Source: Lachnospiraceae bacterium (GTDB lineage: Bacteria; Bacillota; Clostridia; Lachnospirales; Lachnospiraceae). From it: a stretch of DNA of 64,000 nt. Shown here piece after piece: positions 55,909 through 64,000 of the stretch. The stretch's first letter is position 1, and every line of letters begins with the position of its first letter. The position numbers and the translations under genes are program-made. The notes beneath the pieces are model-generated. The model saw nothing but the letters and a program-made list of their open reading frames with translations. It was not told the DNA's origin and did no database searches. The stretch covers positions 1,832 to 65,831 of the forward strand of contig JAZLLU010000018.1 of assembly GCA_045598285.1 (NCBI GenBank), given 5' to 3'.

Positions 55909-57402
55909 TTAGTTATTCTCGCGTTTTGCAAGTTCGCTAACGATTCTTTCGTACTCTTCTTCGTCGAGTTTATATTTTTTCATGTAAAGAATGTAACAAA
56001 CAATCATCATTATTGCAGGAACAACAGTCATTACTATAAGTAGGCCAATTGTTTGAAATGAAGATACATTGCCGATTACATCACCAATTTGACTCATCTT
56101 AATTTCGTCAGTGATTTGGCCAAGGTTTGCTTGCTGCTCTAAATCTGATATTTGGTTTGTGTAGTTAGTAACGCCGCAAGCTAAATAGCTAAGAGTAGTA
56201 ATAAGAACTACGAAAGCTGAAGCAAGCTTTGTCATGAATGGACGAACAGAAGCGATAATTCCGTCATCTCTTTCTCCGTGCAAGTACTCGTTATATTCAA
56301 CAGTATTGAGAATTGAAATCATCATTACGAGATAGTAGCAGTAGTTACCTAGGTTAGCAGCCATACTCATAATTGTGATAATCCAGAACTTAATCATTGT
56401 GTTTGGAAGAACAAGTCCAATTAGAAGCATTAAACCATAACCAAGAAGAGAAATAATAAGCATAGTTCTCATTAAAGATTTTCTCTTTGTTTTCTTCGCT
56501 ATTGCAGGATATGTAATCATAAGGACTGCGGTAGCAAGAAGTCCTACAGTGTTAAAGATGGTGTATAGTCCGCCTTCGTATCCGAATGCAAAGTAAATAT
56601 AAGTTGAACCTAAACCACCAGCGATAAGTCCGTTACCAATTTCTTGAATCAAGAAAATAATAGTAATCCAAAGAAGTTGGTCGTTGTTTTTGATTGTATT
56701 AATAATCTTTTTAAAACTTACACGTGGAGCAGGATTATTCATATATGAACGATCTTCTTTTACTCCGAAAATTGTAAAGCACATAAGAGCAGGTCCTAAA
56801 ACGGCGATGATTAAAGCAACAACGCCGTAGGCAGTTTGCGCATTGCCACCGATTGCACTTGTTCCGGTTGTGAAAATAGGAATAAGCATAGAAGCAAGTG
56901 CGCCACCAATACCTGCGCAAAGGTTAGTGCGAGATGTAAATTTATCACGTAGTGAAGATTCTTTTCCAAGTGAAGGAATAATTCCCCAATAAGAAATATC
57001 ATGCATCGTATAAGTAATACTATATAAAAGATAGATAATTGCAAAGAAGATTACAAAAGACCATCCTTGAAGTCTTACATTGAATGCAAGATAAATAACT
57101 ATAGAAGTTGTAAGTATGCCAATAAGCATCCAAGGTTTAAATTTTCCCCATCTTGTACGTGTACGCTCAATAATATTACCCATAATAGGATCGTTAAAGG
57201 CGTCGAAAACTCTAGCAACAATCATAATGACTGTAATTGCCATAAGTTGCGCAGCAGTAAGTCTGTGAGTAAAAAGAACGTAAAGAAGGATATAGTTTGT
57301 AAATAGGTTGTACATCATATCCCTTCCCAAAGTACCAAGAGGGAAGAACCATAAATTCTTTTTTGTTTGTTCTGGACTAATTCCGGTTTGATTAGTGTTC
57401 AT
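55909..57402 (-). CDS. glycoside-pentoside-hexuronide (GPH):cation symporter, MelB-like
   Basis: GPH signature FDAFNDPIMGNIIERTRTRWGKFKPWMLIG. 12-TM architecture. Confidence 0.82.
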   Translation of the reverse strand: MNTNQTGISPEQTKKNLWFFPLGTLGRDMMYNLFTNYILLYVLFTHRLTAAQLMAITVIMIVARVFDAFNDPIMGNIIERTRTRWGKFKPWMLIGILTTSIVIYLAFNVRLQGWSFVIFFAIIYLLYSITYTMHDISYWGIIPSLGKESSLRDKFTSRTNLCAGIGGALASMLIPIFTTGTSAIGGNAQTAYGVVALIIAVLGPALMCFTIFGVKEDRSYMNNPAPRVSFKKIINTIKNNDQLLWITIIFLIQEIGNGLIAGGLGSTYIYFAFGYEGGLYTIFNTVGLLATAVLMITYPAIAKKTKRKSLMRTMLIISLLGYGLMLLIGLVLPNTMIKFWIITIMSMAANLGNYCYYLVMMISILNTVEYNEYLHGERDDGIIASVRPFMTKLASAFVVLITTLSYLACGVTNYTNQISDLEQQANLGQITDEIKMSQIGDVIGNVSSFQTIGLLIVMTVVPAIMMIVCYILYMKKYKLDEEEYERIVSELAKRENN

Positions 57403-57414
57403 AATAAGCTCCCT

Positions 57415-59022
57415 TTATTTTAATATTACAGCTTCCCATGGATTTAAGCTGCCATCAAAACTACTTCTATTATAAGTTGAAAATTCTAAAATTCCATTAA
57501 ATTCAACATTAGTTTTTTTATCTGAATGATTCAAAATAATTATTAAATCACCACGCTTATATGCGGCGACATTTTTTCTATTAAGAAGAAGATTATATTC
57601 TCCACAAAGAAGGTCAGTGTTTTCTTTCCTAAAAGCAATCAGTTTTTTATAGCAATTAAGTACTGAATTGGAATCGGAACATGTATCGGAAACATTAATA
57701 TGTTTATAATTTTTATTAACTTTAAGCCAAGGCAAACTGCTCGAAAATCCTGCATTTTCAGATGAATTCCATTGCATAGGGGTTCGAGCATTATCGCGAC
57801 TTGTTTGCTTAATCATCTTCCAACGAAGCTTAGCAGGAAAGTGTAAAGATGTAAGAAGGTTGTATATATTTTTGGATTCTACATCTTGCACTTCGTCCAT
57901 AGAAGTATAATCAAAATTAGTCATACCAATTTCTTCGCCTTCAAATATAAAAGGAGTACCCTTTGAGGTAAGGAGAAACGTTGCTAATAATTTAGCCGAC
58001 TCATTTATGTATTTCTTTGAACCAAAACGGCTTACACTTCGAGGCTGGTCGTGATTTTCTAAATAAATTGTATTCCAAGGAACTTCGCAGGCCCATTTAT
58101 CTGTAACTTTAATAAAACGCTTCCAACTAAATGCTCGCTTAAACCATTTAACAATTATCTGGTCAACTTCCATATGCTCAAAGCCAAAGACCATACTTAA
58201 TTCTTTACGCTCTTTAGCAGTAAGCAAGGTGGCAGTTTTGGTATCAACGAAGACTGTTTCGCCAACAGTGAAAGCGTCGTATTTTTCAATTATTTTATTA
58301 AGTTCGCTTAAAATTTTATGAGTTCCGTCAAGAGTTAGATAGTGTTCAGAACCGGTTAAAATAAGTTTTTTCTTGCCATTAGCCAAGGAATCTTTGTAAA
58401 TAATATTTATGACATCACATCTAAATCCTGAAACACCTTTTTTAAGCCAAAACTCTAAAATATTTTTTACTTCTTCTAAAACCAAAGGATTGTGATAGTT
58501 TAAGTCAGGTTGATGCTTTGCAAAAAGATGCATATAATAAGCGCCTCGTGCTTCGTCATACTCCCAGCATTTTTCACCAAAAAAACCAGTCCAGTTATTT
58601 GGCGTTCCTTCCCAATTATCGGACCAATAATAAAAATCGTTGTAAGGTTTAATATTTTCGCGACTTTTTTGAAACCAGGAATGTTCCGTAGAGGTGTGAT
58701 TTATAACTAAATCCATAATAATTTTAATTTTGCGCTCTTTAGCAGCAGCAATTAAATTATCAAAGTCCTCCATTGTTCCAAAATCGGGATGAATACTATA
58801 ATAATCACTGATATCGTAACCATTATCCTCATTTGGAGAAGCGTAAACAGGACTTAGCCAAATAACATTAATTCCTAAATCTTTTAAGTAATCAAGTTTT
58901 GAGATGATGCCAGGAATATCTCCTATACCATCACCATTAGAATCCGCAAAACTACGTGGATATATTTGATAAATAATAGATTTTTGCCACCATTTAAGTG
59001 CATCGAAATTATTCTCGCCCAT
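57415..59022 (-). CDS. GH13 alpha-glucosidase (oligo-1,6-glucosidase / trehalose-6-phosphate hydrolase-like)
   Basis: WWQKSIIYQIYPRSFADSNGDGIGD, GFRCDVINI, FGFEHMEV, YLENHDQPR. Confidence 0.9.
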   Translation of the reverse strand: MGENNFDALKWWQKSIIYQIYPRSFADSNGDGIGDIPGIISKLDYLKDLGINVIWLSPVYASPNEDNGYDISDYYSIHPDFGTMEDFDNLIAAAKERKIKIIMDLVINHTSTEHSWFQKSRENIKPYNDFYYWSDNWEGTPNNWTGFFGEKCWEYDEARGAYYMHLFAKHQPDLNYHNPLVLEEVKNILEFWLKKGVSGFRCDVINIIYKDSLANGKKKLILTGSEHYLTLDGTHKILSELNKIIEKYDAFTVGETVFVDTKTATLLTAKERKELSMVFGFEHMEVDQIIVKWFKRAFSWKRFIKVTDKWACEVPWNTIYLENHDQPRSVSRFGSKKYINESAKLLATFLLTSKGTPFIFEGEEIGMTNFDYTSMDEVQDVESKNIYNLLTSLHFPAKLRWKMIKQTSRDNARTPMQWNSSENAGFSSSLPWLKVNKNYKHINVSDTCSDSNSVLNCYKKLIAFRKENTDLLCGEYNLLLNRKNVAAYKRGDLIIILNHSDKKTNVEFNGILEFSTYNRSSFDGSLNPWEAVILK

Positions 59023-59125
59023 AAAATCCCCTTGAAAAATATCTTAAAAATATTATATCAAATCGCTTGTATATCGTGCAATGAAGTCTTAAAATGCTTT
59101 TTATAGATATAAAGGAGATGAATAA

Positions 59126-59971
59126 ATGAAATACAAAAGAGTGTTATCGATTCAAGATGTTTCATGCTTTGGCCAGTGCTCAAATACAGTTGCACTTCCA
59201 ATAATTTCAGCATGTGGTCATGAGTGTGCAATTATTCCTTCAGCAGTGCTTTCAACTCATACAGCAGGTTTTGAAGGATTTACGTGTAAAGATTTAGGAG
59301 AAGAGATTCCTAAAATAGGAAAACATTGGGAAGAAAGAGGCATTAAATTTGACTGCATTTATACGGGATATTTAGGCTCAAGTGAGATGGTAAAGTCTGT
59401 AGCACAAATTATGAGAACATCACTTAAAGACAATTCGGTAAAAATTGTTGACCCAGCGATGGCAGATAATGGAAAACTTTATCCGGCATTCAATAGCGAA
59501 TATGTAGATGCTATGAAGTGGCTTTGCTCACAAGCAGATATTATTCTTCCAAATATAACAGAAGCATGCTTCCTTACAGGAGTAGAATATAAAGAAAACT
59601 ACGATCAAGAATATGTCCAAAATCTTTTGATGGAACTAGATAAGCTTTGCGGTGGATGCATAATTCTTACAGGAGTGAGTTTTAAACCTGAAAAAACAGG
59701 TGTTATGATTTATGAAGCGGGATTTTGTTCATATTATGAGCATGACAAAATAAACCAAAATTATCATGGAACGGGAGACGTTTTTTCATCTGTATTTGTT
59801 GGAAGTATGATGTGTGATGTTGGAGCTGTTAATGCGGCATGTGTCGCAGCAGATTTTACTGTTGATTCAATAAAAGCAACAATAGGCGACGATGAACATT
59901 GGTATGGAGTAAAATTTGAACCACAGCTTAAAGAACTTATAAAAACATTAACTGAAAATAATGAAGAATAA
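59126..59971 (+). CDS. pdxK: pyridoxal/pyridoxamine kinase
   Basis: N-terminus VLSIQDVSCFGQCSNTVALPIISACG and a C-terminal GTGDVFSS anion-hole motif (ribokinase superfamily). Confidence 0.8.
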   Translation: MKYKRVLSIQDVSCFGQCSNTVALPIISACGHECAIIPSAVLSTHTAGFEGFTCKDLGEEIPKIGKHWEERGIKFDCIYTGYLGSSEMVKSVAQIMRTSLKDNSVKIVDPAMADNGKLYPAFNSEYVDAMKWLCSQADIILPNITEACFLTGVEYKENYDQEYVQNLLMELDKLCGGCIILTGVSFKPEKTGVMIYEAGFCSYYEHDKINQNYHGTGDVFSSVFVGSMMCDVGAVNAACVAADFTVDSIKATIGDDEHWYGVKFEPQLKELIKTLTENNEE

Positions 59972-59975
59972 AAAA

Positions 59976-61118
59976 TTATAAAATTATTACAGGATATTTT
60001 TTAATAATTGCCTTAATAAATTCATCTAGAACATTTAAGGGAACGACAGCTAAAAAGGTACCTGCAAAACCGCCACCGTTGACGCGAATAGCGCCTTCGG
60101 TGGTTATTTTATTTAATGTTTCTTTTGCAAAGATAAAAGCATCAAAGTATTTGCTTGGAACTTTTATGTTTTGCAATTTGTTAAGTGAAGATTCTCCTGA
60201 TGAATTTACTGCATTAATAAAAGGTTTAATGTCGTTTTTGCTTAACGCATTAAAGGCTTCCTCAACGCGAGATACTTCCTCGAAATAGTGAGTCGCACGA
60301 AGCCATGCTCTAGAAGTTTTATCACATGTTTTGCAACCATTATCTTTAAAGAATTCTTCTTTAGAAACTTCGCTTAAAATATTTTTGCCAAATCTATTGG
60401 CAATTGCTTTCATTTCAAAAGGAATTGTGGCATATTCGTCTGTGAGATTTTCATGGTTTGATTTAGAATCAATTATTAAAAGTGAATAGCCAGCACTTTC
60501 AAAATCGAAATCCACTTTTTTGATATCAGGGTTGTCACTGTCATTAAAATCGATGTAAACAATTCCACCAACAGATGAAGCCATTTGGTCCATTAAACCA
60601 GAAGGTTTTTTGTAATAATTATTTTCTGCAAACTGTCCAATTTTAGCGATGCTTTTAGCATCAACTTTTCCATCGGCAAATAGAGTATTTAATATTCTTC
60701 CAATTAGAACTTCAAAGGCAGCACTGCTAGAAAGACCACTGCCGACAAGAACATCAGTTTCAATATATGCATCAAAACCTTTTATTTCATAGTCGTTAGA
60801 AAATGCTTCTACAATTCCACGAACTAAAGAAAGAGTAGTTCCTTCTTCTTTTTTTATTGGACCATTTCCAATTGTTGTTAGGTCTAATGATATGGAATCA
60901 AAACCCTCAGGGATTATGTTTATAGTGTTCGTTTGATTTAAGTTGAAAGCTGCGCGCATAAAAAGATTAACGGAAGATGCAAGAACTTTTCCGCCTTGAT
61001 GATCAGTGTGGTTGCCAAGAAGTTCAACCCTACCAGGCGCGCATGCAAACAAAGAAGGTTCGTAATTAAAATTTGTTTTGAAATATCTTATAAGATTATA
61101 TTTATCATCAGCATTCAT
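59976..61118 (-). CDS. galactokinase-family GHMP sugar kinase
   Basis: Galactokinase-signature-like APGRVELLGNHTDHQGG, GHMP motif II GSGLSSSAAFEV, and GLMDQ. The start is 5 nt downstream of the aroA stop. Confidence 0.8.
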   Translation of the reverse strand: MNADDKYNLIRYFKTNFNYEPSLFACAPGRVELLGNHTDHQGGKVLASSVNLFMRAAFNLNQTNTINIIPEGFDSISLDLTTIGNGPIKKEEGTTLSLVRGIVEAFSNDYEIKGFDAYIETDVLVGSGLSSSAAFEVLIGRILNTLFADGKVDAKSIAKIGQFAENNYYKKPSGLMDQMASSVGGIVYIDFNDSDNPDIKKVDFDFESAGYSLLIIDSKSNHENLTDEYATIPFEMKAIANRFGKNILSEVSKEEFFKDNGCKTCDKTSRAWLRATHYFEEVSRVEEAFNALSKNDIKPFINAVNSSGESSLNKLQNIKVPSKYFDAFIFAKETLNKITTEGAIRVNGGGFAGTFLAVVPLNVLDEFIKAIIKKYPVIIL

Positions 61119-61123
61119 GTTAT

Positions 61124-62425
61124 TTATTTGAGTTTAGATAAATCATCAAAAAATGCTGGATAAGATTTTTGGGTAACTTCAGCATTTAGTATTTCAACTG
61201 GCTTTCTACTAACACATGCTGCAATAGCACTCATCATAGCAATTCGATGGTCTCCAAAAGAACTAACTGTGCCACCAACAAAAACAGGATGGCCAACTTC
61301 TTCGACAGGAGAACCAAGCCCGTTAATAATTAGGCAATCTTCAGTAGCATCTATTTCTGCTCCGAGTGAATTGAGGTTTTTTTGAATTGTTACACGTCTG
61401 TCAGATTCTTTAAACTTAAGTCTTTGTACATTCATAATTTTTGTAGTGCCTGTAGCTGCACAAGCTAGTAAAGCAACAGCGGGGATAAGATCAGGAATAT
61501 CACGTGCATCAATATTTATACCTCTTAGGTGCCCGCCGTTAACAGTGACATTGTTTCCATGTATGCTAACGTTTGCGCCAAAAGCTTTAAGAATATTTAA
61601 GATGCGCTTATCACCTTGAACAGAATCTACGTTAAGGTCTAAACATGTAAGTGGCGAATTTCCGATAGCGCCACCAGCTAAAAAATAAGCTGCACTAGAC
61701 CAATCTTTTTCTATAGAGATTGAATCTTCTTTGAAATGATATTTTTGGTTTCCAGGAATCTTAAAAGTATATCCAATTCTTCCCATACCTTTTTCAGCAC
61801 TTATTTTTATTCCAGCTTGTCGCATAACGGCCATAGTCATTGCAACATAACTAGTTGATTCAAGATGACCTTCAACAATAATTGTGCTATTTACTTCTAA
61901 AAGAGGAAGAGCAAGCATTAATCCAGAAATAAATTGTGATGAAACATTTCCTGGAAGAATAAATGAACCGCCTGTAAGTTTCCCAGAAATAAAAACGCGA
62001 CTAACATATTCATATCCATTCAAGTTGGTCTCATCTTCACGTTTTTCACTGCGAACGCCGTGCGCTTTAAGTGCTTTAAGAAGTGGCTCCATAGGTCTGT
62101 CCACTAAACTTTTGTGAAGAACAAAAAGAGAAGTTTTTCCTAAAGCAGCAGCAATAGGAAGCATAAAACGATAGGTTGTTCCACTTTCAAAACAATCTAA
62201 AATTCTGATATTTTCGCTAATTGTTGGAGACTCTAAGGGTTCTCTTAAGCCCAATTCTCTAAGACAATTTAATGTTGCTTCTATATCTGATGACATATTG
62301 GTACATTTTACTTTTCCAACTTCGCCAGCTAAAGCCTCAATGATTAAATATCTATGGGCTAAAGATTTTGATTCTGGAACAGTAACGATGCCACTTATAG
62401 TTTTGTTGCTTATAGTTTGATTCAT
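61124..62425 (-). CDS. aroA: 3-phosphoshikimate 1-carboxyvinyltransferase (EPSP synthase)
   Basis: [12 protein letters not shown], and [13 protein letters not shown] near the C-terminus. 4-nt overlap with the upstream DAHP synthase gene. Confidence 0.92.
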   Translation of the reverse strand: MNQTISNKTISGIVTVPESKSLAHRYLIIEALAGEVGKVKCTNMSSDIEATLNCLRELGLREPLESPTISENIRILDCFESGTTYRFMLPIAAALGKTSLFVLHKSLVDRPMEPLLKALKAHGVRSEKREDETNLNGYEYVSRVFISGKLTGGSFILPGNVSSQFISGLMLALPLLEVNSTIIVEGHLESTSYVAMTMAVMRQAGIKISAEKGMGRIGYTFKIPGNQKYHFKEDSISIEKDWSSAAYFLAGGAIGNSPLTCLDLNVDSVQGDKRILNILKAFGANVSIHGNNVTVNGGHLRGINIDARDIPDLIPAVALLACAATGTTKIMNVQRLKFKESDRRVTIQKNLNSLGAEIDATEDCLIINGLGSPVEEVGHPVFVGGTVSSFGDHRIAMMSAIAACVSRKPVEILNAEVTQKSYPAFFDDLSKLK

Positions 62426-63150
62426 TGTAATGCTTCCTTAACTTTGAGTACCTTATTCATTAATCTTGAAAATTCATTTGGAGTAATAGCCTGTTTTGCA
62501 TCGCTAAGTGCATTAGCGGGGTCGTTGTGAACTTCAATAAGCAAACCATCCGCACCAGCCGCAACACATGCAAGGGACATTGATTCAACAAGCTCAGCTC
62601 TTCCAGTTGCATGGCTAGGGTCGGCGATAATCTTTAATTCACTCATTGAATGAAGTAGAGGAATTGATGAGATGTCCATAGTATTTCTAGTTGCATTCTC
62701 AAAGGTTCTAATTCCTCGCTCACAAAGTATAACGTCTTTGTTTCCGCCTGCTAAAATATATTCAGCGCTAGCTAAGAGCTCTTCAATAGTGGCAGCTCTA
62801 CCGCGCTTTAAGATAACAGGCTTATTAATTTTGCCAAGTTCTTTTAGAAGGTCAGTATTTTGCATACTTCGTTCGCCAACTTGCAAAATATCAATATCAC
62901 TATATAAGTCAATTAATCGAATATCTGAAATTTCTGATACACACTTAAGCCCAGTTTCTTCTTTCGCTTTAACTAAAAACTTAAGCGCTTCTTTTCCTAA
63001 ACCCTGGAAATCAGTAACATGTGTACGAAGCTTAAAAGCGCTACCTCTTAAGTGAGTTGCACCTGCTTCTTTCACGGCTTTAGCGATATCAATTATTTGG
63101 TGTTCGTTTTCAACAGAGCAAGGCCCTGCTATAACGTAAAAATTGTTCAT
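62422..63150 (-). CDS. aroF: 3-deoxy-7-phosphoheptulonate (DAHP) synthase, type I-beta, catalytic core only
   Basis: [23 protein letters not shown] (canonical KPRT reads KLRT here), [15 protein letters not shown]. 242 aa with no regulatory extension. Confidence 0.82.
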   Translation of the reverse strand: MNNFYVIAGPCSVENEHQIIDIAKAVKEAGATHLRGSAFKLRTHVTDFQGLGKEALKFLVKAKEETGLKCVSEISDIRLIDLYSDIDILQVGERSMQNTDLLKELGKINKPVILKRGRAATIEELLASAEYILAGGNKDVILCERGIRTFENATRNTMDISSIPLLHSMSELKIIADPSHATGRAELVESMSLACVAAGADGLLIEVHNDPANALSDAKQAITPNEFSRLMNKVLKVKEALQ

Positions 63151-63161
63151 AATGGTTTATT

Positions 63162-63587
63162 TTATGCTTTTTTTCGTTTTCGGTCAATAAATGAAGGAGT
63201 AGAAATTATATAAAGAATTGGCACAATTATTCCACATATTAATAAAGTCAGCATTATTGTAAGTTTTATGCTAATAATTAGCACAAAGATAGAAGAAATT
63301 ATGGAAAAAATTATGATAAGTCTAGCTCTTAAGAGACATTGTTTGCTAGGAACTCTTCGATTTTTATTAAGCCCGGTTATACCGGTTAGAACTGCTAAAA
63401 TTCCTGATAGTGCACTAAGTATTGCTCCTGCGACAACAAGGAATTTTGGAGCACTTGTATTTGCCGTGGTTGTAGTGATAATTAAAATGCACATAACAAC
63501 TAAAAGCAATCCACTAATTGCCAAAAATATACTCATAAAAATAAAAAAAGCAGACCGTTTATTACTCATAAAATAAATTATAAACAT
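63162..63587 (-). CDS. small hypothetical membrane protein
   Basis: Four hydrophobic segments. It lies 11 nt upstream of the DAHP synthase gene on the same strand. The start is ambiguous (63587 or 63569) and there is no clear Shine-Dalgarno. Confidence 0.4.
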   Translation of the reverse strand: MFIIYFMSNKRSAFFIFMSIFLAISGLLLVVMCILIITTTTANTSAPKFLVVAGAILSALSGILAVLTGITGLNKNRRVPSKQCLLRARLIIIFSIISSIFVLIISIKLTIMLTLLICGIIVPILYIISTPSFIDRKRKKA

Positions 63588-63649
63588 CTTCTTTTAAAAA
63601 AGCCACTAAGCAGCTAAAAAAAATCATTCCCAGGCCATTTCTTTTTGCG

Positions 63650-63678
63650 TTGACCTTGGATAAAAATTTTAGTATATT
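63650..63678 (+). promoter_or_regulatory. putative sigma-A promoter (TTGACC-17 nt-TATATT)
   Basis: TTGACC at 63650-63655, a 17-nt spacer, then TATATT at 63673-63678. It would drive a roughly 130-nt leader before the ATG at 63816. Confidence 0.35.
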
Positions 63679-63815
63679 AGTAAAGCACATTCGTGCGAAA
63701 GAGCTATTCGCTCAAATCTGGCAGCTTCTGCCAAACATTTCAAAAAATTTTATTTAGGCAGGACGAGCCAACGTTATTGCGTTAATCTAATCCGCTCTGC
63801 CGGAAAGAGGTAAAT

Positions 63816-64000
63816 ATGGAACTTAATTTTACGAGAAACTACAAAGATGTCGTATTCATTGATTTGTTTGAGCGTGATAAAAAGTCACTTTTAGAATTGT
63901 TCAATTTCTTTAATGGTACGGATTACACCGATGAATCCGAAATTGATATTGTTACAATCAAAGATTCACTTTTTGTTACAAAGTATAACGACTTAGCTTT
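63816..64000 (+). CDS. 3'-truncated ORF, possibly a YhgA/Rpn-like (PD-(D/E)xK transposase-like) family protein
   Basis: AAGAGG Shine-Dalgarno followed by ATG. MELNFTRNYKDVVFIDLFERDKKSLLELFNFFNGTDYTDESEIDIVTIKDSLF resembles the N-termini of a widespread Clostridiales family I recall as Rpn/YhgA-like. It runs off the window end. Confidence 0.4.
   Translation, partial: MELNFTRNYKDVVFIDLFERDKKSLLELFNFFNGTDYTDESEIDIVTIKDSLFVTKYNDLA

Noticed and set aside
1-64000. I scanned the intergenic regions for tRNA, rRNA, tmRNA, RNase P, SRP or 6S RNA genes.
   Set aside because: No intergenic stretch has the length and GC-rich cloverleaf or helical pattern expected. The only GC-rich non-coding segments are the three-copy element and the 20061-20137 patch, and neither shows tRNA-like arms. 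A covariance-model scan would be needed for certainty.

Overview
This window is 64 kb of a low-GC, Clostridia-type Firmicutes chromosome. It is densely coding, with about 57 protein genes. I recognised no rRNA, tRNA, CRISPR array, transposase or integrase. The core blocks are listed here. (1) The 3' part of a tungsten-type aldehyde:ferredoxin oxidoreductase plus an MFS transporter. (2) ecfA1-ecfA2-ecfT-truA. (3) tig-clpP-clpX, followed by a CobW-like (COG0523) GTPase-domain gene and a separate His/Cys-rich gene. (4) rpoB-rpoC. (5) A translationally coupled chain: a GlpA-like flavoprotein trio, a RibU-like ECF S component, typA, a 605-aa unknown with a KOW-like N-terminus and Sel1-like repeats, and a MATE transporter. 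(6) mscL, an M23 peptidase and murA-metK-proS-cca. (7) A phosphosugar mutase, an orphan capE/fnlA-like dehydratase and an RsbW-like ATPase-GNAT fusion. (8) A glycoside-utilisation cluster: GH36-like, GH2, SLC45-like MFS, GDPD, GPH symporter, GH13. (9) pdxK and a GalK-like kinase-aroA-DAHP synthase operon. Between the clpX block and rpoB (about 11.3-21.3 kb) lies an accessory segment. It holds an XRE regulator with a VTC-domain/DUF4956/CotH operon, YafQ-DinJ, a class II Fic, LysR with an orphan URO-D-family gene, and then a repeat-dense 2.4 kb locus (18.9-21.3 kb). That locus has five unrelated repeat families surrounding a restriction-endonuclease-like unknown, a PIN-domain gene and a detached DinJ-like gene. 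It is my best candidate for an undescribed system, with a possible RNA-repeat component upstream of the PIN gene. The second notable signal is a GC-rich, roughly 95-nt imperfect-palindrome element present three times. Two copies bracket the phosphosugar mutase gene in inverted orientation. All functional calls come from reading motifs in the translated ORFs by eye; no database search was possible.
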